Assembly: GCA_017615245.1 (NCBI GenBank)
Contig: JAGAAL010000035.1
Location: forward strand, 764-64,763
Direction of reading: 5' to 3'
Origin: Bacteroidaceae bacterium
GTDB taxonomy: Bacteria; Bacteroidota; Bacteroidia; Bacteroidales; Bacteroidaceae
Length of the DNA stretch: 64,000 nucleotides
The position numbers and the translations under genes were made by a program. The notes beneath the pieces are model-generated. The model was not told the origin of the DNA. It did no database searches and worked only from the letters and a program-made list of their open reading frames with translations. This document shows, piece after piece, positions 47,973 to 58,190 of the stretch. Each line of letters begins with the position of its first letter. Positions within the stretch are counted from its first letter, which is position 1.

Positions 47973-50894
47973 TTATTTACGTCTACGTTTTGTTTCAGCT
48001 GCAGCCTCCTCTTCATCTGGATTATAAATCTCAAATGGAGAATAGATGAACTGATTGTTTTCTGGTAATGTCAAATCTGCACCTTCTTTATATTTATATA
48101 AGAGAGGTTTATCAATGGCATGAAGCACAACGCTTGAAGATGTTTCAATCATCGTAGCACTTTCTGCCTTCGCATTATTCAACCAATATTCACGAGCCAT
48201 GACGTTATACATCTTGTCCTTATTAACGGCTTGTTGGTTAGAGCAAACACCCGTAACTTTGAGGTCTGTTCCATTGTTGTCAACAGTAATTCTATATGAA
48301 CGGCCTGTTGAAGGATTGGTCTTGGCAGTTTCGTAACGGCCACTTGCGAAATCTGGCGCCACTTTCACATTGCCTTCCTCGTCCCTCTCAAAAAGTTCGC
48401 CTACTTCGTCAATAAAGATTGAATTATCCTGGATATGATACTTCACAAAGTCGAGCATCACCTTACGGATACGGGCAGCAGTTTCAGTAAGAGTATCGAA
48501 AGCGATAGAATCACCACAAGTATCAATGAAGTGATACTGGATCAGTTTATAGAGAAGAGGATCTTCGTCTGGATCTGTTGGTACTTTGATCTTGGTTGAA
48601 TCATCGTAATCAATATCAATTGCTAAGTCAAGCATATCCATGGTTGGAAGGCCTTTCTTACGAGCATCTTCCATCGCTGCATTGGTTGGAGCATAAATGG
48701 TATAATGATAAGTGTTCAACAGGTAGTTAACACTCTCATTCGCTTTTTCTGGAATGTAAATCAAGTTACCATTCTTTGACGTAGACGACCAGTTAACTTT
48801 GGAACCAGTACTTACTGCCAACGCACCACATTCACGAAGCAGCTCATAGAACTCTGAGAATTCTCCATCCTCTGCTTCATGGTCTGCAAGGATGTCACTA
48901 ACTGCCTTGTGTGCCGTATAAACAGGAGTCTCTACAATATATGACTTACCGTTCTCCATATTATAAACACTTGACACAGTCAGAGGTGCATCATTCTCAA
49001 TTTGCCAACCACCGGCAACAGTCATCTGACCAGGCACATTGATTGTACCACCAACCTTCACGAAGTTCCTACCCTTAGTCTGATAATAAGACTTTCCTTC
49101 AACAACATCACCTATCACGATGATATTATCAAGAAGGTCTTCAATACGGTCGAACAACTGGTCGGTTGAAGAACTACCAACAATCGTTCTCAATGAATCA
49201 GTTTGGAGCCATGTTCCGTCATCTTGTCTCTCTGCCTTATATACTACAGCCTGAATATGAGAGAACAAGTTGCTTCCAGGATTTGGATTCATCATGAACT
49301 TCCAAATATGGGTTTCTGACTGACCGAGTGAAACAGGGTCAATGTAAGTCAGCAAACCGTCATTAACCGGGATGAAGAAACTATAGCGAGAAACCATAGA
49401 GTTCAAATAGGCTTGGTATTCCAACAATGAGATGGCGTTATAAATTACGCTAAGGTTCTCTGTAACAACTGCCGGGAAAAGTACTGAAGAATATGACATT
49501 GGCGAGAACACCTTATTCGTCTGATAGACTGCTCCATTACATGCAAGGAACACACTATCAACATCTGATGTGGTAATACCCATTTCCATCGCAGCATCAT
49601 TCAATACTGACTTGAACTTAGAAGGAACAGATCCAACCAAAGAATAAAGTTGGTTGTTCTTGATAAGTTCTACGATAACGCGATCAGGAATATTGTCCCA
49701 ACTACCAAAGTTGTCTTTGAGGACTTTACCGCCGCCATTATCAAACCAGTCAGTGAGAGCAGCATCGGTAGGAACCAACATACAACCCATATCTTCCATC
49801 ACCTCATCACGGTCACGGTCGTTCAGTGTACCTGGGCTATAACGATTCCATCCTGGGTCGAACTTCAACAACTCTGTCAACTGCAATGAATATAACTTAT
49901 CCTTATCCTGGTTACGCTCTGTAGAAGTGATGCCATTACTTTCACTTCCGCGCGATGCAAAATATGATTTCTGATAAACAGAGTCAACCGTTGTCTTATA
50001 GAGACGGTTATACTCGCGTGTGATATCATAATTGTAGAATGGTGCTGCGAAACGCTCCAGTAATGAAGAATAGATGCTAAACTGTGGTCTTACACGAATC
50101 AATTCAGCCATATTGTCAAGTGGCAACATCACTTTGTTCACTTTGTGCAAGAAACCGTTCTTACAGAAAATGTTTGCTTCAACTACCTTACAGTCGTTTA
50201 CATAAGCATCATCTGAAACATGAGTTCCAATCGGGTCGTTGTAGAGGAAGTCTACGTCATGACCAGTAACCATGTTCTGCTCCATGAAACGTGGCAAGAA
50301 GTGAATCATAGGTGGTGCACCCGAAAAGTCCTTGAAGAGCACAATGGTATCATGCGTCTGTGCCAAATTCTTCCAATACTTAGTAAGTTCTCCTCCTAAT
50401 CTTGGAATCTGAGGATCTGTAGAGCTCACAACCAAAACGGAATCATAAGTCTGCAGAGATGCCGTACGACGCATACATTCGCCTTCGATAGGGCCTTGTA
50501 CGCTTGAAAGCAGACTGATTGTAGCTGGATTATCAATCATCGATGAACGAAGAATCAGTTTCTTCTGAGCCTCTGACAATTGATCATAACTTTTCACACC
50601 CCATTTATTATTTGCATAGAATGCCGCAAAAGCGTCATCATCTGCAATAAACAGGGTTTTACTACCTGTCTTTGAGAGAGTTGCCTTCTCACCCAGGTCA
50701 TCAATTAACTGCAAGAAATTCTTGTAGTTTCCCTGATCTTCCATATAACCATAGATGGTGTTCAGTCCAGTAGGCTGTTCTTCATCGAGGTTATAGTCTG
50801 GTGTACAACCAAAGAAACCAAGAGTTGCAGCACACACAGCACTTCCCATGAGAAGATGCTTGCGTAGTTTGTTACTCTGAAAGTTAAACAACAT
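47973..50894 (-). CDS. Large lipoprotein with three fasciclin (FAS1) domains
   Basis: Lipobox TLGFFGC. The three H1/H2 motif pairs are KTLFIADDDAF with NGFLHKVNKVM, CMLVPTDAAL with NGAVYQTNKVF, and YTIYAPTNAAM with VVLHAIDKPL. Confidence 0.8.
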   Translation of the reverse strand: MLFNFQSNKLRKHLLMGSAVCAATLGFFGCTPDYNLDEEQPTGLNTIYGYMEDQGNYKNFLQLIDDLGEKATLSKTGSKTLFIADDDAFAAFYANNKWGVKSYDQLSEAQKKLILRSSMIDNPATISLLSSVQGPIEGECMRRTASLQTYDSVLVVSSTDPQIPRLGGELTKYWKNLAQTHDTIVLFKDFSGAPPMIHFLPRFMEQNMVTGHDVDFLYNDPIGTHVSDDAYVNDCKVVEANIFCKNGFLHKVNKVMLPLDNMAELIRVRPQFSIYSSLLERFAAPFYNYDITREYNRLYKTTVDSVYQKSYFASRGSESNGITSTERNQDKDKLYSLQLTELLKFDPGWNRYSPGTLNDRDRDEVMEDMGCMLVPTDAALTDWFDNGGGKVLKDNFGSWDNIPDRVIVELIKNNQLYSLVGSVPSKFKSVLNDAAMEMGITTSDVDSVFLACNGAVYQTNKVFSPMSYSSVLFPAVVTENLSVIYNAISLLEYQAYLNSMVSRYSFFIPVNDGLLTYIDPVSLGQSETHIWKFMMNPNPGSNLFSHIQAVVYKAERQDDGTWLQTDSLRTIVGSSSTDQLFDRIEDLLDNIIVIGDVVEGKSYYQTKGRNFVKVGGTINVPGQMTVAGGWQIENDAPLTVSSVYNMENGKSYIVETPVYTAHKAVSDILADHEAEDGEFSEFYELLRECGALAVSTGSKVNWSSTSKNGNLIYIPEKANESVNYLLNTYHYTIYAPTNAAMEDARKKGLPTMDMLDLAIDIDYDDSTKIKVPTDPDEDPLLYKLIQYHFIDTCGDSIAFDTLTETAARIRKVMLDFVKYHIQDNSIFIDEVGELFERDEEGNVKVAPDFASGRYETAKTNPSTGRSYRITVDNNGTDLKVTGVCSNQQAVNKDKMYNVMAREYWLNNAKAESATMIETSSSVVLHAIDKPLLYKYKEGADLTLPENNQFIYSPFEIYNPDEEEAAAETKRRRK

Positions 50895-51077
50895 AATTTT
50901 TAGAATTATTAATTATTGATTTTGATATATTTTATTGATTATTCAACATCATTTTTTTATCTCGCTAAGATAACCTACTGAACTTCAGCTATCGTCTATG
51001 TGTATGTAAACCCATCTTGATTTTGTTTTCTTGTTCATTTTTTAATTGTTTAATTGGTTATTAATTGTTAATATATA

Positions 51078-53540
51078 TTAATTCAGCGTGATATTCATTA
51101 TAAACCTGTAATAATATCGATCATCGAACACAAGAAAAACACTTGCCGTGCATTTACTTCCGCTTACCGGTGCCATAAGATCAGAGGTATAAGCAAAATC
51201 TAAAGTACTTGCGCCTGGATTGTAACCCACTTTACACTCACTGCTCCCCCATGATGTGGCTGTACCATCGAACATCATATAAAATCCGTTAGAAGATGTG
51301 AGGTTTGAGGTCAGTTCGCCTGTTTTGATGTCTATACATGTCATATATTTCAGGTTGTCTACGGTTGCTCCTTGGGGGAACTTTGCCACAATCTCATTCA
51401 AATTGATTGAAATTGGCTGTTTGCTATAAGCTTCAACTGAACTCATATCATACGATTTGGTAATTATTTCTTCACCAACCTTTTGCATGTTCCGCCATGA
51501 ATAAAGCGACGGATCTACGTTGATATTATCATAAGTACCCTCTGGTATGCAGTCGATACCGAAATGGACGGTTACCGTAATGTAAGAAGTTTGTCTTTTC
51601 TGTGTAATGGCATACCGCATGGTTGCTACATGCTGGTCACCTTTCTGGCAATTGTTCGGATGGCAGCCATAGTTCCAACTATACACATCGCTGGTAGCAA
51701 GATTTCTTGGCTCTATAAACACATGCGAGTTACCTCCATAATCAACCACATTACCTTTATCATCGAACCATGCGCCCCATGTACCCTGTGCGGTATGTCC
51801 TCCTTCTTTGCCATTAGAGTTGAGTGCCGACAACTTTATAGTTGCATTGCTGAATTCATTGTCAGACAATCCCAACATTTCGGCTAATGTAGATGGAGAG
51901 ATTTCAATATTAGCAGACTGAGAATAACCATCAGCCATGTTCAATAGGAGATAGATATCCATGTTCGTACCAGAAACATATGTATTAAGGATGCCATAGT
52001 CCATTTCTTCTTCTGCTCCTTCTGTTCCTGTTTGAGGATATGCATTGATTATCTGGTCAAGATAAGTTACACGATTGTCAAGCCATGTCTTCATCTTTGA
52101 TAATTCCTGGTTCACATCATATGTCGTTGAATGGCCCCAACCTCCCCAGCCGGTGTTTTCAACAATTGGCCAACGCATTTTATTGCGGGCGTATGCACCT
52201 TTGTTGAGTTCATTCACATATTGCTCCACGATTTCCCAATTACGTGTGACAATTGAGTCTTTGACAGAATTCCAAAGTTCCTTGTATTCTCTAGTATAGC
52301 TATCAGATTTAAACATATCGGTAAAGAACCTCGGTGTGGCTCCGTACATTCCCTTACGGTTTGCAGGATCTGTTCCTAATACCAATTCATGATAATCACC
52401 GAAATAACGGAAAATGTTACCATCATAGAATGTACCCCAATCAAAATCGAAACCTGCATCCCAATCCCAGAATGGACCCATCGCCCACTTACCATTGCCG
52501 TCCTTGTACATAAAGATGCTACGTGGGGCACAAATCTCTACGTTCTCTACCAGTTCCTGAATCATTGCCATCGTCATAAACGACTTCATATCCATCAGAG
52601 AGTCAAGCATCTCATAATCAACAGCCTTGATTGCGTTTTCAAGTTCAGCAAAAACCATCCGGATAGAATCTTTTGTCTGCTCATCTACATCATCAGGGTA
52701 TTTAACACACATTGGCATATTGTAAACTGTTGACCAGAAATTGTCTGTAGATTCGGGACTCAGCTCTGGGCCGTCATCTTTGTCCATAGACAACAAGATT
52801 CCTTCGTTTTCGGAAACATCTACACGATTTTTACCTTGCTGTACCTGCTCCGTCAACTGATACAATCCCTCATATTCTCCATCAACAAACAATTCCACAA
52901 AACGAGTATGATTTACGTATGGCATGCCCATCCAGCGAGCAACTTCGAATACATAGGTATTCATCATGCTGGTAAGATCACGATAGTTTGCTAACAGCAC
53001 CCAACTCTTTGCTTTTGCCAGACCTAGCATCTTATGCTTGTCATTCAACTTGATGCGATAAGGCTTCTTGGGATAGATACTCCAAGTTGAGTTCCCCCTG
53101 CCACGAATGCTACCAGAACCAGAATACCAGTTATAGCCATCCTTACCATCTAAAGACACAACACAATCCACATACTCTTCTCGGGAATTGACTCCCACAA
53201 AGTCTTTGGTAGTTACACTTAAAGTGTACACCTGATACTTGTTATGTGACTGGAGGTCTTCTGACACTTCATCAACGAATGTAACACTGTCAATCATTGA
53301 AATGGCATACGGCACATTAATAGAGGATGCCTCATTAATTTCTTCAGCAGAGATACGGAAAAAGTGGCCATCTGAAGAGAAATCTGAATAAGGAAACTGA
53401 CTAATTTCATAAGGGAAACTCCATACAAAGTCGTACTTTGTGTCGGAATGAGTGTTTATCTTATACCAATTCTGAGCAACGGACGGACAGACCATCATTA
53501 TGGCCGTCAAGAATATTAAAAATTTACTTGCAAGTCTCAT
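51078..53540 (-). CDS. Secreted CotH (atypical kinase fold) family protein with a C-terminal duplicated domain of unknown function
   Basis: I start at the ATG at 53540 (MRLASKFLIFLTAIMMVCPSVAQ). CotH-like segments are KKPYRIKL, WVLLANYRDLTSMMNTYVFEVARWMG, FVELFVDGEYEGLYQLTEQV and FWDWDAGFD. Confidence 0.75.
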   Translation of the reverse strand: MRLASKFLIFLTAIMMVCPSVAQNWYKINTHSDTKYDFVWSFPYEISQFPYSDFSSDGHFFRISAEEINEASSINVPYAISMIDSVTFVDEVSEDLQSHNKYQVYTLSVTTKDFVGVNSREEYVDCVVSLDGKDGYNWYSGSGSIRGRGNSTWSIYPKKPYRIKLNDKHKMLGLAKAKSWVLLANYRDLTSMMNTYVFEVARWMGMPYVNHTRFVELFVDGEYEGLYQLTEQVQQGKNRVDVSENEGILLSMDKDDGPELSPESTDNFWSTVYNMPMCVKYPDDVDEQTKDSIRMVFAELENAIKAVDYEMLDSLMDMKSFMTMAMIQELVENVEICAPRSIFMYKDGNGKWAMGPFWDWDAGFDFDWGTFYDGNIFRYFGDYHELVLGTDPANRKGMYGATPRFFTDMFKSDSYTREYKELWNSVKDSIVTRNWEIVEQYVNELNKGAYARNKMRWPIVENTGWGGWGHSTTYDVNQELSKMKTWLDNRVTYLDQIINAYPQTGTEGAEEEMDYGILNTYVSGTNMDIYLLLNMADGYSQSANIEISPSTLAEMLGLSDNEFSNATIKLSALNSNGKEGGHTAQGTWGAWFDDKGNVVDYGGNSHVFIEPRNLATSDVYSWNYGCHPNNCQKGDQHVATMRYAITQKRQTSYITVTVHFGIDCIPEGTYDNINVDPSLYSWRNMQKVGEEIITKSYDMSSVEAYSKQPISINLNEIVAKFPQGATVDNLKYMTCIDIKTGELTSNLTSSNGFYMMFDGTATSWGSSECKVGYNPGASTLDFAYTSDLMAPVSGSKCTASVFLVFDDRYYYRFIMNITLN

Positions 53541-53590
53541 TTTGAATCCGTTGTTAATAAAATTTGGTACCTTCAGCATTTATTGGTGTA

Positions 53591-53598
53591 CAAACTTA
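53591..53598 (-). promoter_or_regulatory. -7 box TAAGTTTG (minus strand) upstream of the CotH-like gene
   Basis: The plus strand reads caaactta. Lies 51 nt upstream of the ATG at 53540. Confidence 0.5.
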
Positions 53599-53918
53599 GC
53601 TATTTTTTTTTGAATAGATAATATATTTTAACAAAAAAATGCTTGTTTCCCTCTATTTTATTCATAAAATAGTTTAAAATCACTGTTTTGACATCAAAGA
53701 CAAAGTCTTTATCGACAAAGCGCAACCAAATTCTATGCCCAAGAACAATGCAATTGTCAGTCAAACATCCGCGTCAAAGAGAGCGACAAAATATAATTAC
53801 ATAAATATTCATAAATAACAACACAACAAAGAATAAATCCATACATGATTTCGGGATAAAAGATTAAGATGAAATGGTTAAGTTATCTTCATTTTACACG
53901 TGATAATTTGGGGCTGTA

Positions 53919-53958
53919 CAAAAAAAAACAGTTATGCACTTTCATGCATAACTGTTTT
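53919..53958 (-). terminator. Rho-independent terminator after rplQ
   Basis: Minus-strand RNA is acaguuaugca-ugaaag-ugcauaacugu followed by a run of 8-9 U. Confidence 0.8.
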
Positions 53959-53980
53959 ATGAAAACACAGAAAAAATGAA

Positions 53981-54493
53981 CTATTCTGCAGCTTTCTCTT
54001 CTGCCGCCGGAGCCTCTTCAACAGTTGCTTCAGACGTAGCTTCCACTACATTTTCAACTGGAGCCTCTGCCTTAGTTGCAGACTTCTTAGAACGACGTGT
54101 ACGTGTAGTCTTCTTTGCAGTCTTTGCCATGTTCTCATCGAAGTCAACTAACTCGATGAATGCCATATCTGCGTCGTCAGAAGCACGCTTGCCGAGCTTA
54201 ATGATTCTCGTATAACCACCTGGGCGATTTCCAACTTTAGTGGCTACAGTACCAAACAACTCAGTGATAGCATATTTATTCTGCAAATAGCTAAATACAA
54301 CGCGGCGTGAAGCTGTCGTATCGTCCTTTGCCTTTGTAATTAATGGCTCAACATAAACACGAAGAGCTTTTGCTTTTTGAAGAGTCGTTGTAATTCTCTT
54401 GTGAAGAATTAATGAGGTTGCCATATTTGACAACATTGCAGCTCTATGTGATGCTGTACGACTCAGATGATTGAATTTTTTATTATGTCTCAT
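53981..54493 (-). CDS. rplQ: 50S ribosomal protein L17, with an Ala/Glu/Lys-rich C-terminal extension
   Basis: [24 protein letters not shown]... Confidence 0.97.
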   Translation of the reverse strand: MRHNKKFNHLSRTASHRAAMLSNMATSLILHKRITTTLQKAKALRVYVEPLITKAKDDTTASRRVVFSYLQNKYAITELFGTVATKVGNRPGGYTRIIKLGKRASDDADMAFIELVDFDENMAKTAKKTTRTRRSKKSATKAEAPVENVVEATSEATVEEAPAAEEKAAE

Positions 54494-54499
54494 CTTTGC

Positions 54500-55492
54500 T
54501 TAATCTTTTTCTAATTTATACTTAGAAGTGTCTGTTCCGAATGACAATCCATGATGCTCGAGAAGATCATCTAATTCAGTAAGAGATTTTTTACCAAAAT
54601 TACGGAATTTGAGCAAATCGCTCTTCTGGAATTTAACCAAATCACCAAGCGTGTCGACCTCTGCTGCCTTCAAGCAATTAAGCGCACGAACAGAAAGGTT
54701 CATGTCCGTAAGCTTTGTCTTCAGCAGTTGACGCATTCTCAAAACTTCCTCATCAAACTCTTCAGTACCATCCAAATCATTATTATCTAATGTAATCTTC
54801 TCATCAGAGAAGAGCATGAAGTGGTAAATCAGAATTTTAGCCGCCTCCTTCAATGCATCTTTTGGATGTATCGAACCATCTGTAGTAATCTCTAATACTA
54901 ATTTGTCATAGTCGGTCTTCTGCTGAACACGATATGGTTCCACAGAGAATTTGACATTACGTATTGGAGTATAAGTTGAATCGATAGCCAGTTCGTTGAT
55001 CTCTCTACAATACTGTCGATTCTCCTCAGACGGCACATATCCACGGCCTTTATTGATATTAAGTTCAATCTCTAATGTTGCTTTTGGATCTAAATGACAA
55101 ATTACCAATTCAGGATTTAACACTCCAAATCCTGTAAGATATTTGTTAATATCCCCAGCTTTAAACTCAGTTTCTTTCTCGATTACGATAGAGACTTTTT
55201 CTGTCTCTATGCCATCGGCATTTTGTTTGAATCTTACCTTTTTAAGATTCAAAATAATGTTGGTGACATCTTCCTTGACTCCTGGGACAGTAGAAAACTC
55301 ATGCTCTACACCTGCAATACGAATCGTATTAATGGCAAAGCCCTCCAACGAAGACAATAAGATGCGGCGCAGCGAATTACCAATAGTAATACCAAAACCA
55401 GGCTCCAAAGGGCGAAATTCAAATTTTCCACACTTGTCGTCGGCTTCCAACATTATTACTTTTTCGGGTTTTTGAAATGCTAATACCGCCAT
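54500..55492 (-). CDS. rpoA: DNA-directed RNA polymerase subunit alpha
   Basis: 330 aa. The N-terminal domain contains [11 protein letters not shown]. The C-terminal domain contains [12 protein letters not shown]. Confidence 0.97.
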   Translation of the reverse strand: MAVLAFQKPEKVIMLEADDKCGKFEFRPLEPGFGITIGNSLRRILLSSLEGFAINTIRIAGVEHEFSTVPGVKEDVTNIILNLKKVRFKQNADGIETEKVSIVIEKETEFKAGDINKYLTGFGVLNPELVICHLDPKATLEIELNINKGRGYVPSEENRQYCREINELAIDSTYTPIRNVKFSVEPYRVQQKTDYDKLVLEITTDGSIHPKDALKEAAKILIYHFMLFSDEKITLDNNDLDGTEEFDEEVLRMRQLLKTKLTDMNLSVRALNCLKAAEVDTLGDLVKFQKSDLLKFRNFGKKSLTELDDLLEHHGLSFGTDTSKYKLEKD

Positions 55493-55501
55493 TGTTAATT
55501 A

Positions 55502-56107
55502 TTATTTAGAGTACAACTCGACTATCATCTGTTCTTTAATATTCTCCGGAATGTCTGCACGCTCTGGCATATGCAGGAGCTTACCACCCTTTGCATTTTC
55601 ATCCCACTCAATCCATGGGTACTTGCTATGGTTAAAGCCTGCTAATGACGCAGCGATTACTTCAAGAGATTTAGATTTTTCACGAACAGCTACCAATTGA
55701 CCAGGTTTAACTGAATATGAAGGAATATTCACAACCTCTCCGTCAACAGTAATGTGCTTATGACTAACCAACTGGCGAGCTGCTGCACGTGTTGGAGCAA
55801 TACCGAGACGGTATACAACGTTATCAAGGCGTGCTTCAAGGCTCTGGAGCAGGACTTCACCTGTTACTCCATCGGTTGATGCAGCCTTCTCAAACAAATT
55901 ACGGAACTGACGCTCAAGAACTCCATAAGTATACTTAGCTTTCTGCTTCTCAGCAAGCATAAGTCCATATTCTGAAGACTTCTTGCGGCGATTGTTGCCA
56001 TGTTGACCTGCAGGATAGTTTCTTTTTGATAACACCTTATCAGGACCAAATATTGCCTCTCCGAAACGACGAGAGATTCTTGATTTAGGGCCAATATATC
56101 TTGCCAT
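55502..56107 (-). CDS. rpsD: 30S ribosomal protein S4
   Basis: [17 protein letters not shown]... Confidence 0.97.
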   Translation of the reverse strand: MARYIGPKSRISRRFGEAIFGPDKVLSKRNYPAGQHGNNRRKKSSEYGLMLAEKQKAKYTYGVLERQFRNLFEKAASTDGVTGEVLLQSLEARLDNVVYRLGIAPTRAAARQLVSHKHITVDGEVVNIPSYSVKPGQLVAVREKSKSLEVIAASLAGFNHSKYPWIEWDENAKGGKLLHMPERADIPENIKEQMIVELYSK

Positions 56108-56209
56108 ATTGAATCTATATTTTAAGCATTAACTTCGTGTGCAGCCGCAACGGCAGAAAGGAATGATGCCGTCTTACAAATACACTCCGCAATGCAATTA
56201 ACTTAATGT

Positions 56210-56599
56210 TTATACTCTTCTTCTCTTAGGAGGACGACAACCATTATGTGGCAGTGGAGTAACGTCAACAATTTCTGTTACTTCGATTCCCACACCGCAA
56301 CAACCGCGAATTGCAGACTCTCGTCCATTACCAGGACCCTTGACATAAGCGGTGACCTTTCTCAAACCCAAGTCGTATGCAACCTTGGCACAATCTTGAG
56401 CCGCCATCTGTGCTGCATAAGGAGTGTTCTTTTTGGAACCTCTAAAGCCCATTTTACCTGCTGAAGACCATGAAATAACCTGGCCCTCACTGTTTGCCAA
56501 AGTAACAATAATGTTGTTGAATGATGAGTGAACATGAAGCTGTCCCTGAGCACCAACTTTGACATTTCTCTTCTTAGCAGAAGTTGTTTTCTTTGCCAT
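56210..56599 (-). CDS. rpsK: 30S ribosomal protein S11
   Basis: ...[27 protein letters not shown]... Confidence 0.97.
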   Translation of the reverse strand: MAKKTTSAKKRNVKVGAQGQLHVHSSFNNIIVTLANSEGQVISWSSAGKMGFRGSKKNTPYAAQMAAQDCAKVAYDLGLRKVTAYVKGPGNGRESAIRGCCGVGIEVTEIVDVTPLPHNGCRPPKRRRV

Positions 56600-56608
56600 A
56601 CCTATTTA

Positions 56609-56989
56609 TTATTTAGTAGCCTTTTTCTTGTTTGCAACAGTCTTTTTCTTTCCCTTACGAGTACGAGCATTATTCTTTGTGCTCTGACCACGAACAGGAA
56701 GTCCGATACGGTGACGGATTCCACGATAACAACCGATATCCATCAAACGCTTGATGTTAAGCTGAATCTCAGAACGAAGATCACCTTCTACCTTGTAATC
56801 TGCACCAATGATTTCACGAATCTTTGCTGCCTGATCATCTGACCAGTCTTTTACTTTCAAATCTTTGTCAACTCCTGCCTTTTCTAATATTTTTGCGGAG
56901 CTACTGCGTCCAATACCAAAAATGTATGTCAACGCAATTTCGCCTCTCTTGTTTTGTGGGAGGTCTACACCTACAATTCTTATTGCCAT
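56609..56989 (-). CDS. rpsM: 30S ribosomal protein S13
   Basis: [27 protein letters not shown]... Confidence 0.97.
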   Translation of the reverse strand: MAIRIVGVDLPQNKRGEIALTYIFGIGRSSSAKILEKAGVDKDLKVKDWSDDQAAKIREIIGADYKVEGDLRSEIQLNIKRLMDIGCYRGIRHRIGLPVRGQSTKNNARTRKGKKKTVANKKKATK

Positions 56990-57026
56990 ATCTTAAATTG
57001 TTTTACTTATCTACTTGGCTTGAATT

Positions 57027-57143
57027 TTATCCCTGACGCATCTTATACTTAGGGTTCTTCTTGTTAATTACAAACAGACGACCCTTACGTCTTACTATAA
57101 CGCAATCAGGAGTACGTTTCTTTAAAGATGCTTTTGTTTTCAT
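57027..57143 (-). CDS. rpmJ: 50S ribosomal protein L36
   Basis: The 38-aa [38 protein letters not shown] lies inside the longer track ORF. I use the internal ATG at 57143. Confidence 0.9.
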   Translation of the reverse strand: MKTKASLKKRTPDCVIVRRKGRLFVINKKNPKYKMRQG

Positions 57144-57153
57144 ATGCAGTTTG

Positions 57154-57372
57154 TTATTTATATCTAAAAACGATTCTTCCTTTTGAAAGGTCATAAGGTG
57201 ACATCTCGACTCTGATTTTGTCACCTGGCAAGATCTTGATGTAGTGCATTCTCATTTTTCCTGAGATATGCGCTATAATCTCATGACCATTTTCTAATTC
57301 TACTCGGAACATTGCATTAGACAATGCCTCTACAATTGTTCCATCTTGCTCTATTGCTGACTGCTTAGCCAT
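57154..57372 (-). CDS. infA: Translation initiation factor IF-1
   Basis: [41 protein letters not shown]... Confidence 0.97.
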   Translation of the reverse strand: MAKQSAIEQDGTIVEALSNAMFRVELENGHEIIAHISGKMRMHYIKILPGDKIRVEMSPYDLSKGRIVFRYK

Positions 57373-57373
57373 A

Positions 57374-58171
57374 TTAAAATGATTTTTCTTGTATAATATC
57401 TTCTATTTCTTTAAACGATGACAAAATATCGGCTTTACCTTTACGCACACAGATGGTATGCTCGAAATGTGCAGCAACTTTGGAATCACGCGTCACAATA
57501 CCCCATTTATCAGGTTGCATGTAGACTTCTTTCCGACCGAGAGTAATCATCGGTTCGATTGCAATGCACAATCCATTTTTCAGCATTATCCCATTTCCTC
57601 TCTTCCCAAAATTAGGAACTTGAGGATCCTCGTGCATATCTTTTCCTATGCCATGCCCCACAAACTCTCTCACAACACCATATCCATGACTTTCACAATG
57701 ATTTTGGACAGCATAAGAGATATCTCCTAGACGATGTCCAACGATGGCTTGTTCAATTCCTTTATATAATGCCTCCTTCGTCGTTTTCAGCAGTGCTTTA
57801 ACAGCATCTGAGATTTCACCAACTGCAAAGGTATAACATGAATCTCCACAAAAACCATTTAACTTCGTACCACAATCAATCGACACAATATCACCATTTT
57901 TTAGTGGCACGTCATTTGGAATGCCGTGTACTACCTGTTCATTTACAGACGTACAAATGCTGGCAGGAAAAGGTTCGCCATAGGGATTGGGGAAGTGCTT
58001 AAAAGTAGGAACTGCTCCATGATCCCTTATAAATGTTTCCGCTAAAACATCTAATTGGCGGGTGGTAACACCTGGCTTTATTATTTTGGCTAATTCTGCG
58101 AGGGTCTTTCCCACTAAGAGATTGGCCTCTCGCAGAAGTTCTACTTCATCATCAGTTTTAAGATAAATCAT
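57374..58171 (-). CDS. map: Type I methionine aminopeptidase
   Basis: Metal-ligand contexts [13 protein letters not shown] and EPM. Sits in the conserved position between secY and infA. Confidence 0.95.
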   Translation of the reverse strand: MIYLKTDDEVELLREANLLVGKTLAELAKIIKPGVTTRQLDVLAETFIRDHGAVPTFKHFPNPYGEPFPASICTSVNEQVVHGIPNDVPLKNGDIVSIDCGTKLNGFCGDSCYTFAVGEISDAVKALLKTTKEALYKGIEQAIVGHRLGDISYAVQNHCESHGYGVVREFVGHGIGKDMHEDPQVPNFGKRGNGIMLKNGLCIAIEPMITLGRKEVYMQPDKWGIVTRDSKVAAHFEHTICVRKGKADILSSFKEIEDIIQEKSF

Positions 58172-58190
58172 CCTAAAAATGCTTTACATA

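Noticed and set aside
50965-50972. TATCTTAG on the minus strand in the 183-nt CotH/FAS1 spacer as an internal promoter.
   Set aside because: It has one mismatch in the conserved TTTG part of the -7 consensus and no other support. I kept it only as a possibility, and the operon is treated as driven from 53591-53598.
53981-54120. The Ala/Glu/Lys-rich C-terminal extension of L17 as a possible gene fusion.
   Set aside because: It is continuous in frame with a canonical L17 and is followed directly by a strong terminator. Extended L17 tails are common in this phylum, so it is low-complexity rather than a second domain.
57027-57143. L36 lacking the usual zinc-binding Cys/His set (only one Cys).
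   Set aside because: As far as I recall, this Cys-poor form (…[27 protein letters not shown]) is the normal L36 of Bacteroidota. It is therefore not evidence of a special zinc-independent paralog switch here.
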